A stretch of DNA of 64,000 nt from an uncultured Clostridia bacterium (GTDB lineage Bacteria; CAYTYR01; UBA6262), in the NCBI GenBank assembly GCA_964441745.1, contig CAYTYR010000002.1:62001-126000 (forward strand). The letters are read 5' to 3'. The notes beneath the pieces are model-generated. The model saw only the letters and a list, made by a program, of their open reading frames with translations. It was not told the DNA's origin and made no database searches. A program made the translations under genes and the position numbers. Of the stretch, positions 47,191 to 55,539 are shown in pieces (the stretch's first letter is position 1; the number at the start of each line of letters is the position of its first letter).

Positions 47191-47969
47191 CCAGAGAAGG
47201 ATTGCGAGCCCAAGCCAAGCTGTTAGGCTTGCCTTTAAATAAAGAAAGAGCGATCATCAGGGAGTATGCGCAGACTATTGTTTTGAAAGCTATTTATCAG
47301 AGTGAATTTGGCCGGAAATTGTTATTCAAGGGCGGTACAGCTCTGAGATTTGCTTATAACTTGGGGCGTTTTTCCGAAGATCTGGATTTTACCGGTCAGG
47401 ATTTCCCGGCGGATGATTTTTCAGCCGTGATCGCTTTATGCCGGAAGGCTTTGAACCAGGAAGGATTTAAATGCGTAACCTCGGAAAAGAACAAGGAAAA
47501 TATAAAAGCCGGATGGATAAAATTAACCAATATCCTGCAAGAATATAAAATTACCAATATTAAAAGTGAAAAGCTGATGATCAAGCTGGAAGTGAGTCTT
47601 CCCGAGCGCCCTCTACAAAGAGAACCGGCAGTCATAGATAAATATGGTTATTTGTTTACGGTTTCTTTGCTGGAGCAGGGCGGTATTTTTGCAGAAAAGA
47701 TTGATGCTTTACTGCGTCGTTGCCGCGGCCGGGATATTTATGACTTGATTTTCCTGCTTAGAAATAAATTCTTGATCAATGAACAGGTTTTCCAGGCAAA
47801 AGGCTGGAAGATAGCGCCGCGCCAGGCAATCCTTGAAAGAATGGAGAAATTAACTCCTAAAGAATTGAACCGTTTAGCGGCGCAATTAGAACCTTTTCTG
47901 TTAAAGGAAGAAGAAACAGAGTATATAATCAATGCTAAAACATATGTGAAAGCTTTGAACATAACTTGA
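47184..47969 (+). CDS. Type IV TA toxin, AbiEii nucleotidyltransferase
   Basis: FKGGTAL...RFSEDLDF; EK..A...R...RDIYD. Confidence 0.9.
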   Translation: MLTREGLRAQAKLLGLPLNKERAIIREYAQTIVLKAIYQSEFGRKLLFKGGTALRFAYNLGRFSEDLDFTGQDFPADDFSAVIALCRKALNQEGFKCVTSEKNKENIKAGWIKLTNILQEYKITNIKSEKLMIKLEVSLPERPLQREPAVIDKYGYLFTVSLLEQGGIFAEKIDALLRRCRGRDIYDLIFLLRNKFLINEQVFQAKGWKIAPRQAILERMEKLTPKELNRLAAQLEPFLLKEEETEYIINAKTYVKALNIT

Positions 47970-48024
47970 CAAAACAGGATTTTCTGCTATATTTAATAAA
48001 AGTAATCATAAAGTTAATAGTCAC

Positions 48025-48123
48025 AGGTTGAAGGTTGTAGAAGTAGGTATGGAAGTAGGAAGTAAGGCTTTAAGCCCAACTTCCTCAGACCTAAGACTAA
48101 ACCTACTTCCAAAACCAATACCC
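48025..48123 (+). repeat. Family A hairpin repeat, empty copy 10
   Basis: AGGTTGAAGGTTGTAGAAGTAGG...CCTACTTCCAAAACCAATACCC. Confidence 0.9.
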
Positions 48124-48155
48124 TTTAACTGTTTTTAGTATTAATAGGAGATCTC

Positions 48156-49103
48156 ATGTCAAAGTTTTTAGTTACCGGCGGGGCTGGCTTCATCGGCTCC
48201 AATATCACCGAAGCCCTGCTGCAGAAAAAGCACAAAGTCCGTATCCTGGACAATTTCGCTACCGGCAAGCTTTCCAATCTTGCCGGCTTCCGCTCCAAAA
48301 TTGACATCATCAAGGGCGATGTCCGCGATGTCAAGACGGTCAACCGGGCAGTCCAAGGGGTGGATTATGTTCTCCACCAGGCCGCTTTGCCTTCAGTGGC
48401 CCGTTCCGTAGCTGATCCTGCTCTTAGCAATGCGGTCAATATTGACGGCACCCTGAATGTCCTGATTGCGGCCCGTGACCACAAGGTCAAAAGGGTAGTC
48501 TATGCCGCCTCCAGCTCTGCTTATGGCGATACGCCAGTCTTGCCCAAGGTGGAGACGATGGCTTCCAATCCGCTCTCTCCCTATGCGACTACTAAACTAG
48601 CCGGAGAATTATACTGCCGCAATTTTGCCAGGATCTTCGGCCTGGAAACAGTCTGCCTGCGCTATTTCAACGTCTTTGGCCCCAAGCAGGACCCGGCTAG
48701 TTTTTACAGCGCGGTCATTCCCAAGTTTATCAGTGCTATGCTCATGGGAGAATCCCCGCGTATCAATGGTGACGGCCGGCAAAGCCGTGACTTTACCTAT
48801 ATCGAAAATGTAGTTTCAGCTAATATCCTGGCTTGTACCGCGCCCAAGGCCTCCGGCGAAGTATTTAATGTCGCCTGCGGCCGGCGTTATACTGTGCTGG
48901 AATTAGCAGAAAAAATAGCCCGCATCCTGCGGATGGCCCTGAAACCGGAATTCGGTCCGGCCGCGCCCGGTGATGTGAAACATTCCCTGGCAGATATCCG
49001 CAAAGCCAAAAAAATATTAAAATATACCGTGAAAGTGAACTTTGACGAAGGTCTGCGCCGCACTATTCACTGGTTTATTACCGGAGGAAAACAAGATGCA
49101 TGA
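48156..49103 (+). CDS. NAD-dependent nucleotide-sugar epimerase/dehydratase (WbpP-like SDR)
   Basis: VTGGAGFIGS, SPYATTK and LRYFNVFGP motifs. Confidence 0.92.
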   Translation: MSKFLVTGGAGFIGSNITEALLQKKHKVRILDNFATGKLSNLAGFRSKIDIIKGDVRDVKTVNRAVQGVDYVLHQAALPSVARSVADPALSNAVNIDGTLNVLIAARDHKVKRVVYAASSSAYGDTPVLPKVETMASNPLSPYATTKLAGELYCRNFARIFGLETVCLRYFNVFGPKQDPASFYSAVIPKFISAMLMGESPRINGDGRQSRDFTYIENVVSANILACTAPKASGEVFNVACGRRYTVLELAEKIARILRMALKPEFGPAAPGDVKHSLADIRKAKKILKYTVKVNFDEGLRRTIHWFITGGKQDA

Positions 49104-50943
49104 GGAAAGACTAAAAAAGATCGTGGAGAAAAAGGCTAAAGCCGCTATTATCGGTCTCGGCTATGTCGGACTGCCCCTGGCGGTAGAATTGGCCAAGGCT
49201 GGCTTTGATGTGACAGGCATAGATGTGGATAAGCGTAAGACAGATGCTATCAACAAAGGTCTTTCTTACATCCAGGATGTACCTTCAGCCGAAGTCAAAG
49301 AGCTGGTCAAAGCCGGCAAACTCCGGGCGACCACTGACTTTAGCGTCCTCAGGCATATCGACACTATCAATATCTGCGTCCCGACGCCTTTGCGCAAATC
49401 AAAAGACCCGGATATTTCCTATATTCTCTCGGCTACTGCAGAAATAGCCAAATACCTGCACAAGGGCCAGCTCATTATCCTGGAAAGCACCACCTATCCT
49501 GGCACCACCGAAGAAGTCATGCAGCCGATGCTGGAAAAGAAGGGGCTCAAAGCCGGCCGTGATTTCCACCTGGCTTTTTCACCGGAGCGCGTGGACCCGG
49601 GCAATCCCCAGTTTAAGACCAAGAATATTACCAAAGTTGTCGGCGGCTATACTCCCCACTGCACCGAGTTGGCCGTGGCTCTTTACAGCCAGGCCATTGA
49701 TAACGTCTTGCCAGTCAGCTCCACCCGGGTAGCCGAGACAGTCAAGCTGTTGGAAAATACCTTCCGCTCGATCAATATCGGCATGGTCAATGAAATGGCC
49801 ATTATCTGTGACAAGCTCGGTATCGATGTCTGGGAAGTGATCGATGCGGCTGCGACCAAGCCATTCGGCTTTATGCCATTCTATCCTGGCCCTGGCATTG
49901 GGGGGCATTGTCTTGCCGCTGATGAATACATCTTCGTAAAAAATGATATGGGTGTACAGACTATTAAAATCGGAGATTATGTAAATAATTTAAGCAATTC
50001 TGATTCCACTTTAAAGCATCAACTAAGGGATATTACCTTAGTTAAACCTCAAAATGCCCAAACCCTTTCTTTTGATATGCAAAGCAAGACCTTCTCTTAT
50101 AAAGATATTAATATTATGTCCAAAAGAGCATATAACGGGGAAATGAAAAGGATCAGCACTACTGATGGCCGTAAGATCACCGTCACAGATAAGCATCCCA
50201 TGCTGGTTCATGATGCTGAAGGCACTATACAGATCAAATTGGCTCAAGATATTCAGCCGGGAGATAGACTGCCACTTTGTTCTTTTTGGAAAGAAACAAC
50301 AGAAAATATCAGTAAAAAGTTCAAAAGACACGATTCTTTTGCTACCGTAGAAGTAAAAGCTGTTGACACCATGCCTGGGCAGGATGTTTATTCTATGGAA
50401 GTGGATGATACTAACACTTTTGTATCGTCTTATGGCATTGTTACCCATAATTGCATTCCATTAGACCCGCATTACCTGTCCTGGCGGGTACGGCTGGAAG
50501 GGTATGAAGCCAGGTTCATCGAACTGGCTGGACAGATCAACCGCTCCATGCCAGAATATGTCATCAACAAGCTCAACGATGCTCTCAATGACAAGGGTAA
50601 GTCAGTGAAAAATGCCAAGATCCTGGTCCTGGGAGTGGCTTACAAGAATGACATTGATGATGTCCGCGAATCGCCGGCTATTGATTTCATCAAGCTCCTG
50701 CAGAAAAAAGGCGCCAAAGTTAACTACCACGACCCGTTTATTCCAAACCTGGGACATGAAGGCATTAATTTAAAGTCTGTGCCCCTGACTGAGAGCACGG
50801 TCAAGTCTGTGGATGCGGTAGTCATCATCACCAGGCACAAGGCTATCGACTACAAATGGCTGGTTTCCAAGGCTAAATTGGTCATCGATACCCGTAATGC
50901 CACCAAATCCCTTGGTAAACGGGCTAATGTGGTGAAACTATAA
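49096..50943 (+). CDS. UDP-glucose/UDP-GlcNAc 6-dehydrogenase family protein interrupted by an intein
   Basis: IGLGYVGLP, ICVPTP, ESTTYPG and FSPER motifs; GPGIGGH|intein|CIPLDP. Confidence 0.92.
   Translation: MHEERLKKIVEKKAKAAIIGLGYVGLPLAVELAKAGFDVTGIDVDKRKTDAINKGLSYIQDVPSAEVKELVKAGKLRATTDFSVLRHIDTINICVPTPLRKSKDPDISYILSATAEIAKYLHKGQLIILESTTYPGTTEEVMQPMLEKKGLKAGRDFHLAFSPERVDPGNPQFKTKNITKVVGGYTPHCTELAVALYSQAIDNVLPVSSTRVAETVKLLENTFRSINIGMVNEMAIICDKLGIDVWEVIDAAATKPFGFMPFYPGPGIGGHCLAADEYIFVKNDMGVQTIKIGDYVNNLSNSDSTLKHQLRDITLVKPQNAQTLSFDMQSKTFSYKDINIMSKRAYNGEMKRISTTDGRKITVTDKHPMLVHDAEGTIQIKLAQDIQPGDRLPLCSFWKETTENISKKFKRHDSFATVEVKAVDTMPGQDVYSMEVDDTNTFVSSYGIVTHNCIPLDPHYLSWRVRLEGYEARFIELAGQINRSMPEYVINKLNDALNDKGKSVKNAKILVLGVAYKNDIDDVRESPAIDFIKLLQKKGAKVNYHDPFIPNLGHEGINLKSVPLTESTVKSVDAVVIITRHKAIDYKWLVSKAKLVIDTRNATKSLGKRANVVKL
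49909..50451 (+). mobile_element. Mini-intein (181 aa, no homing endonuclease)
   Basis: Starts CLAADE, block B ITVTDKHP, ends GIVTHN before +1 Cys. Confidence 0.92.
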
Positions 50944-50953
50944 TGAATCTGCG

Positions 50954-51262
50954 TTGATTTATTCTTTAACTGCTAAAGGTAATTTTTCTAAAGACTGGGG
51001 CCTAAAGGAACAGATACAAAGAGCCTCGGTTTCCATAATGAGTAATATTGCTGAGGGATTTGACTGTAGTTCTAGTATAGAATTTGCCAGGTTTCTTGGA
51101 ATAGCACGAAGGTCAGTTTCAGAGGTTCAAAACCAGCTTTATATTGCTCAAGATTTAGACTATATTAGTGTGGCTGAATTTAAACTCTTATATAATAACC
51201 TAGAAGAAACAAGAAGACTAATAACTGCCTTTATCAAGTATCTTAAAAGCCATAAGTCTTAA
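50954..51262 (+). pseudogene. Four-helix bundle protein (23S rRNA IVP family), 5'-truncated
   Basis: QIQRASVSIMSNIAEGF...EF.RFL.IA..S..EV..QL signature; N-terminal helix missing, in-frame TGA at 50933, no RBS. Confidence 0.75.
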
Positions 51263-51320
51263 CTCGCAACTCGCAACTCGCAACTCGCAACTCGCAACTC
51301 GCAACTTGGAACTCGTAACT
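51261..51320 (+). repeat. Heptamer tandem repeat (AACTCGC)x6 plus 2 degenerate units
   Basis: Direct reading; overlaps the stop codon of the four-helix-bundle remnant. Confidence 0.95.
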
Positions 51321-51465
51321 GTATTATGCATTTCGCTTGACAAACCCGATTTTGTCTGCTATGTATCTATATATCTTTAAAACCCGCCTGCCCTCGCATC
51401 TTTGATTTGCAGGCAAATCAGCAGAGGGTAACCTTATTTTAATGTAGTTTAGTAGATTCCCTACA

Positions 51466-51503
51466 GGCTACAAAAGTGTATCACTACACTTATGTAGCTT
51501 TTT
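51466..51503 (+). terminator. Terminator-like hairpin in leader upstream of polysaccharide export genes
   Basis: GCTACA.AAGTGTA-TCAC-TACACTT.TGTAGC followed by a T run. Confidence 0.55.
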
Positions 51504-51569
51504 ATTTTCAAAATAGTTGGTATAACCTGGTATAACCAAATCGTACAATTTCAATAAAATATGTTTAAA

Positions 51570-51673
51570 GTTTGAGGTTGTAGAAGTAGGTATGGAAGTA
51601 AGAAGTAGGTCTTAAGGCTTAAAGCCCAACTTCCAAAGACCTCAAACCAAACCTACTTCCAAAACCAACACCC
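51570..51673 (+). repeat. Family A hairpin repeat, empty copy 11
   Basis: GAGGTTGTAGAAGTAGGTATGG...CCTACTTCCAAAACCAACACCC. Confidence 0.9.
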
Positions 51674-51723
51674 AATAACAGTATTTATCTCTGTAATCGT
51701 TTTTAAGAGGAGGTTACTTAAGT

Positions 51724-51900
51724 ATGAATGGTCATCTGACAGTATGTCAAGTTTGCCAAAGACTCCATTGCCATCCCAATACTCTCAAGAGATGGGAGAA
51801 ACGGTTGAGCCTGCGTGTCAAACGGGATTACCGTAACTATCGTATTTACACCGAAGACGACATCAAGAGGATCGAATCCTATATTACCCAGGAAAAATAA
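51724..51900 (+). CDS. Small MerR-family HTH protein (58 aa, absent from ORF track)
   Basis: Hand translation MNGHLTVCQVCQRLHCHPNTLKRWEKRLSLRVKRDYRNYRIYTEDDIKRIESYITQEK; RBS GAGGAGG. Confidence 0.8.
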   Translation: MNGHLTVCQVCQRLHCHPNTLKRWEKRLSLRVKRDYRNYRIYTEDDIKRIESYITQEK

Positions 51901-51921
51901 TTTTCCCGAAAAGGACCCCCC

Positions 51922-53538
51922 ATGAAAAGTAGAATTTTTTTAATTATTTTTACTCTAACTGTAATCTGTCCGCTGTCCGCTGTCCGCTGTGTTTGCGCTG
52001 CTAACTTCGACGAACAGCATCCCACTGCCCGTACTGCCGGCATGGGTGGCGCTTTTACCGGCCAGGCAGATGATATCGGTGCTCTCTGGTTCAACCCCGC
52101 TGGTACAACCCAGCTGACCCAGACCCAGGCTATCTATACCAATCTATCCCCATATATCACCCGGGAGAATGTCCCCTATTATCTGTCCCAATCCTTTAGT
52201 ATGGCTTTCCCTTTAACCACAAATAATGCTTTGGGCTTTGGCTGGAACAATTATCGGGTCAATTATACCTACCAGGAAAATACACTGCTGATGAATTATT
52301 CCCAGAAAATCAATCCATTTATCCCTTGGGAAATCAATGACCTGTCTTTTGGCTTGAACCTCAAAGGCCTCTTCTATGCGCCCAGTGGAGCTGGAGAGGA
52401 TATTTTTGATTCCCTTTCTGGCGGTGACAAGGCCAGGAACGCTTTAGGAATTGATGCTGGTGTGCGCTATAAGATCAACACGGCGCTTAATTTTGGCCTT
52501 TCTTCTATGAATATCAATGAACCTGCGGTGCATATCACTGATCAGTATCAGCGTCTGCCCATCCAAACCAGGATAGGTCTTTCCTATAAAGTGCCCATGC
52601 CCGAAGCTCTCAAGAACATCGGTATCGAGCAAATCACTGCCAATCTCGATGGGATCCTGGCCCAGGCTGAATGGGAGTCCAATATCGGAACGGAATTATC
52701 CCTGTTCAATAATGCCATTGCCTTGCGCGGAGGAGCTAATTCAACTGAAGCGTCTGCCGGGCTTGGCCTGGGGAGCATACAAACAAAGAAATTTGCCTTT
52801 GCGTTGGATTACGCATTTATCTATGGCTACGGCCGGGACTTGCGTGACCGCCAGCATATAATATCCATCAATGTCAGCCGCCTGCTCACCAAGAAACCAG
52901 AAACAGTAGAGACGCCGGAAGAAGAAGTATCACCTTACCGTTTAGGGCCGGATGACGTCCTGCAGATCATTACCCGCAATCATGATGAATTTAGCGGCAA
53001 ATTCGCAGTCGATCCCTATGGCAAGATCTTGATCCCGATGATCGGCGAGATCAAAGCCGAGGATCTGACCCGTGAAGAATTCACTGATGTCTTGAGAGAA
53101 GAAATCGGCAAATATGTCGAAGAAGCCAATGTCATAGTCTCTATTATCCAATACCGCAGTAAGGTGGTATATATCCTGGGTGAAGTGCGCACCCCTGGCA
53201 AATACCCGGTGGAAGGCGATTCTATCGCCCTGCGCGACGCTATTGCCGCCGCCGGTTTCCCGACTGGCCTGGCTGCCACCTGGAGAGTCTACATTATTAA
53301 GCCCAGGACTGTCCGCCCCAGCTACAAAATAGTGAACTTATACAAAATACTTTATCGCGGCAAGATGAAAAATAACATCATGATCACTCCTGGTGACATT
53401 GTCTATGTGCCGTCTACCATGCTGGGCAAGCTGGCTAACAGCCTGAGCCATTTGCTTGATCCATTCTATAAGACCAGGAGCCTGGTTACGCCATTATCAA
53501 CACCGACGCCATTAGTCGATGAGGATACAACGAACTAA
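51922..53538 (+). CDS. Fusion of PorV-like barrel with Wza-type polysaccharide export (Poly_export + SLBB) domains
   Basis: N-terminal ARTAGMGGAFTGQADD..ALWFNPAG; C-terminal YRLGPDDVLQI...VDPYGKI..PMIGEI...VYILGEV..PGKY. Confidence 0.8.
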   Translation: MKSRIFLIIFTLTVICPLSAVRCVCAANFDEQHPTARTAGMGGAFTGQADDIGALWFNPAGTTQLTQTQAIYTNLSPYITRENVPYYLSQSFSMAFPLTTNNALGFGWNNYRVNYTYQENTLLMNYSQKINPFIPWEINDLSFGLNLKGLFYAPSGAGEDIFDSLSGGDKARNALGIDAGVRYKINTALNFGLSSMNINEPAVHITDQYQRLPIQTRIGLSYKVPMPEALKNIGIEQITANLDGILAQAEWESNIGTELSLFNNAIALRGGANSTEASAGLGLGSIQTKKFAFALDYAFIYGYGRDLRDRQHIISINVSRLLTKKPETVETPEEEVSPYRLGPDDVLQIITRNHDEFSGKFAVDPYGKILIPMIGEIKAEDLTREEFTDVLREEIGKYVEEANVIVSIIQYRSKVVYILGEVRTPGKYPVEGDSIALRDAIAAAGFPTGLAATWRVYIIKPRTVRPSYKIVNLYKILYRGKMKNNIMITPGDIVYVPSTMLGKLANSLSHLLDPFYKTRSLVTPLSTPTPLVDEDTTN

Positions 53539-53550
53539 TTGATAGTTAAA

Positions 53551-54084
53551 GGGTGAAGGTTGTGGAAGTAGGTATGGAAGTAGGTCTAAAGTTTTTAGGT
53601 TTAAAATAATTTGAAAGGTAAATAATGGAAACTAAGAAAATCATCAGGAGTTTTTACGATTTAGATGTGTATCAAAGTACATATAATGCAAGCATAAAAG
53701 TAATGACTAAGATACTTCCAACACTACCAGAAAGTGAGAAATTTGATCTAAGAGATCAATTATCCAGATCCAGCAAAGCGATACCAAGATTAATAGCAGA
53801 AGGGTATGCGAAAAAGCATCAAAAAATGGGATTCCAGAAATATCTGGATGATGCTATGGCAGAAAATAATGAAACAATCGTAAGCTTAAGTCACTGCAGA
53901 GATATTTATTCTGATAAAATTGATATTGATTTATGTAAAGAGCTTATAAACTTGTATGACATCGCCGGGAAACAGTTATATAGGCTTTCACTGGCTTGGA
54001 CGACATTTAAACGGAAGGAAAGTTAGTAAGTAGTAGCCTAACACCCTACACCTTACTTCCATACTTACTTCCAAAACTTTCAAC
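53551..54084 (+). mobile_element. Family A hairpin element in filled form, carrying a four-helix-bundle gene between its arms
   Basis: Left arm 53551-~53602 (GGGTGAAGGTTGTGGAAGTAGGTATGGAAGTAGG); right arm ~54035-54084 (CCTTACTTCCATACTTACTTCCAAAACTTTCAAC); mobility inferred, not shown. Confidence 0.7.
53625..54026 (+). CDS. Four-helix bundle protein (23S rRNA IVP family)
   Basis: SFYDLDVYQ...LP.SEKFDL.DQL.RSSKAIP.LIAEG signature. Confidence 0.9.
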   Translation: METKKIIRSFYDLDVYQSTYNASIKVMTKILPTLPESEKFDLRDQLSRSSKAIPRLIAEGYAKKHQKMGFQKYLDDAMAENNETIVSLSHCRDIYSDKIDIDLCKELINLYDIAGKQLYRLSLAWTTFKRKES

Positions 54085-54121
54085 AATTAACCATATTTTA
54101 AAAAGGGGAATTAAAACAACT

Positions 54122-55495
54122 ATGGACCAAATCACCTTCAGCATCCGCGATTACTTAATGATTTTCTTCCGCCGCAAATGGATCTTTATCGTGGCTTTGT
54201 CTCTTTGCCTCATCGGCGGGATCATCTATGCCCTTACTGCTCCCAAGGTATATAATTCCGCATCTATTATCTATATCCAGAAAGCGGACATTCTTAATCC
54301 CCTGATGGATAAGATGGCCATCACCAGCCAATATACTGAGACTGTCAAGACCATGAGAGAACGTGTCTTGAGCTGGCCCCGGCTGGTCACTATGAGTGAA
54401 AGCATTAAACTGGCCAAGAATATCAAGACGCCGCTGGAATTCGAAAAGTACATTATTAACCTCAGGAAAAGGATCAATATTGAAATGTTTAACCAGGACT
54501 TGGTGCGCATATCCTTTGAAGACCAGGATCCTTATATTGCAAAACAAGTCGTTGAATATCTCACTAATAACTTTATCGACGAAACCATCCAGCTCAAAAG
54601 CGAAGAAGCAGTCAAGGCTATTGAATTCATTAGGGACCAGTTGAATGTCTATCGCGACAGATTGGAAGCCTCTGAAAAAGACCTGGGTGAATTAAAAGTT
54701 AAAGCGGAAATTGAAAATATTGATAAACTGAAAGGGCTGATTAAAGACCAACTTTCCAGGCAAGACAAGGTGGTAATATCAGAAGTCAAAAAAGAACAGA
54801 ACCCGGTCGTTAGGCAACTGAATGACCACTTGGCGAAATTAGAGAGAGAGCTCAGCGGTTTGCTCATTGACTCTACTGAACAGCATCCCCGGGTCCAGGA
54901 ATTGCGCAAGGAAATCTCCAAAACCAAGGCCAAATTATCCTCGGAGCTGGAAAATACCACTTCGGTCAGTGTGGAAGAGAAATCAGCTTCTAATCCGATT
55001 TACTCTGAACTGGACCAGAGACTTAAGGCCCTGGAATTAAAACGGGAAGAATTACTGCAAAAGCAGGAAGAAATAAAAAAGAAAAGCAGTAAATATAAAC
55101 TGTCTAATGTGAGCGATGCCGAGCTTTCAGCCATGGACCGCGATGCCAAAGTCAACGAAGCTCTCTACACTTCGCTCTTATCCAAGATGGAGAGCGCGCG
55201 TATCTCGCAACAGATGGAAACCCTGGACAAAGGCACCAGGTTTAAAGTGATTGACCCGGCTCGTATGCCCTTAAAGCCATCCAAGCCGAACATTTTTAAA
55301 TCGCTGCTCATGAGTATTGCTTTGGGACTTGGTTTGGGCTTTGCCGGTATCTACCTATTGGAATATCTGGACCATTCCTTGAGAAATATTGAAGACGCCA
55401 AGGCCTTCTTCGATAAACCGATACTTGGCGCTATCTCCAAGATTTCCCTGGAAGAAGACGCCAATAAAAATCTCAATCGAGTCATCCGTTCATAG
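54122..55495 (+). CDS. Polysaccharide co-polymerase (Wzz/GumC, Wzc N-terminal part)
   Basis: Two TM helices flanking a coiled coil; HPRV motif; VIDPA.MP.KP.KPN. Confidence 0.88.
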   Translation: MDQITFSIRDYLMIFFRRKWIFIVALSLCLIGGIIYALTAPKVYNSASIIYIQKADILNPLMDKMAITSQYTETVKTMRERVLSWPRLVTMSESIKLAKNIKTPLEFEKYIINLRKRINIEMFNQDLVRISFEDQDPYIAKQVVEYLTNNFIDETIQLKSEEAVKAIEFIRDQLNVYRDRLEASEKDLGELKVKAEIENIDKLKGLIKDQLSRQDKVVISEVKKEQNPVVRQLNDHLAKLERELSGLLIDSTEQHPRVQELRKEISKTKAKLSSELENTTSVSVEEKSASNPIYSELDQRLKALELKREELLQKQEEIKKKSSKYKLSNVSDAELSAMDRDAKVNEALYTSLLSKMESARISQQMETLDKGTRFKVIDPARMPLKPSKPNIFKSLLMSIALGLGLGFAGIYLLEYLDHSLRNIEDAKAFFDKPILGAISKISLEEDANKNLNRVIRS

Positions 55496-55539
55496 CTCTT
55501 GTTCTAATTGATGTAATCATTTCCAGAAAGGAAATTTAA

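Noticed and set aside
3667-51673. Family A repeats as simple rho-independent terminators
   Set aside because: Long imperfect stems without a consistent adjacent U-tract, located inside apparent operons and in some cases just downstream of promoters.
3667-54084. Family A repeats as a CRISPR array
   Set aside because: Copies are ~100 bp, dispersed and separated by whole genes. There are no regular spacers and no cas genes.
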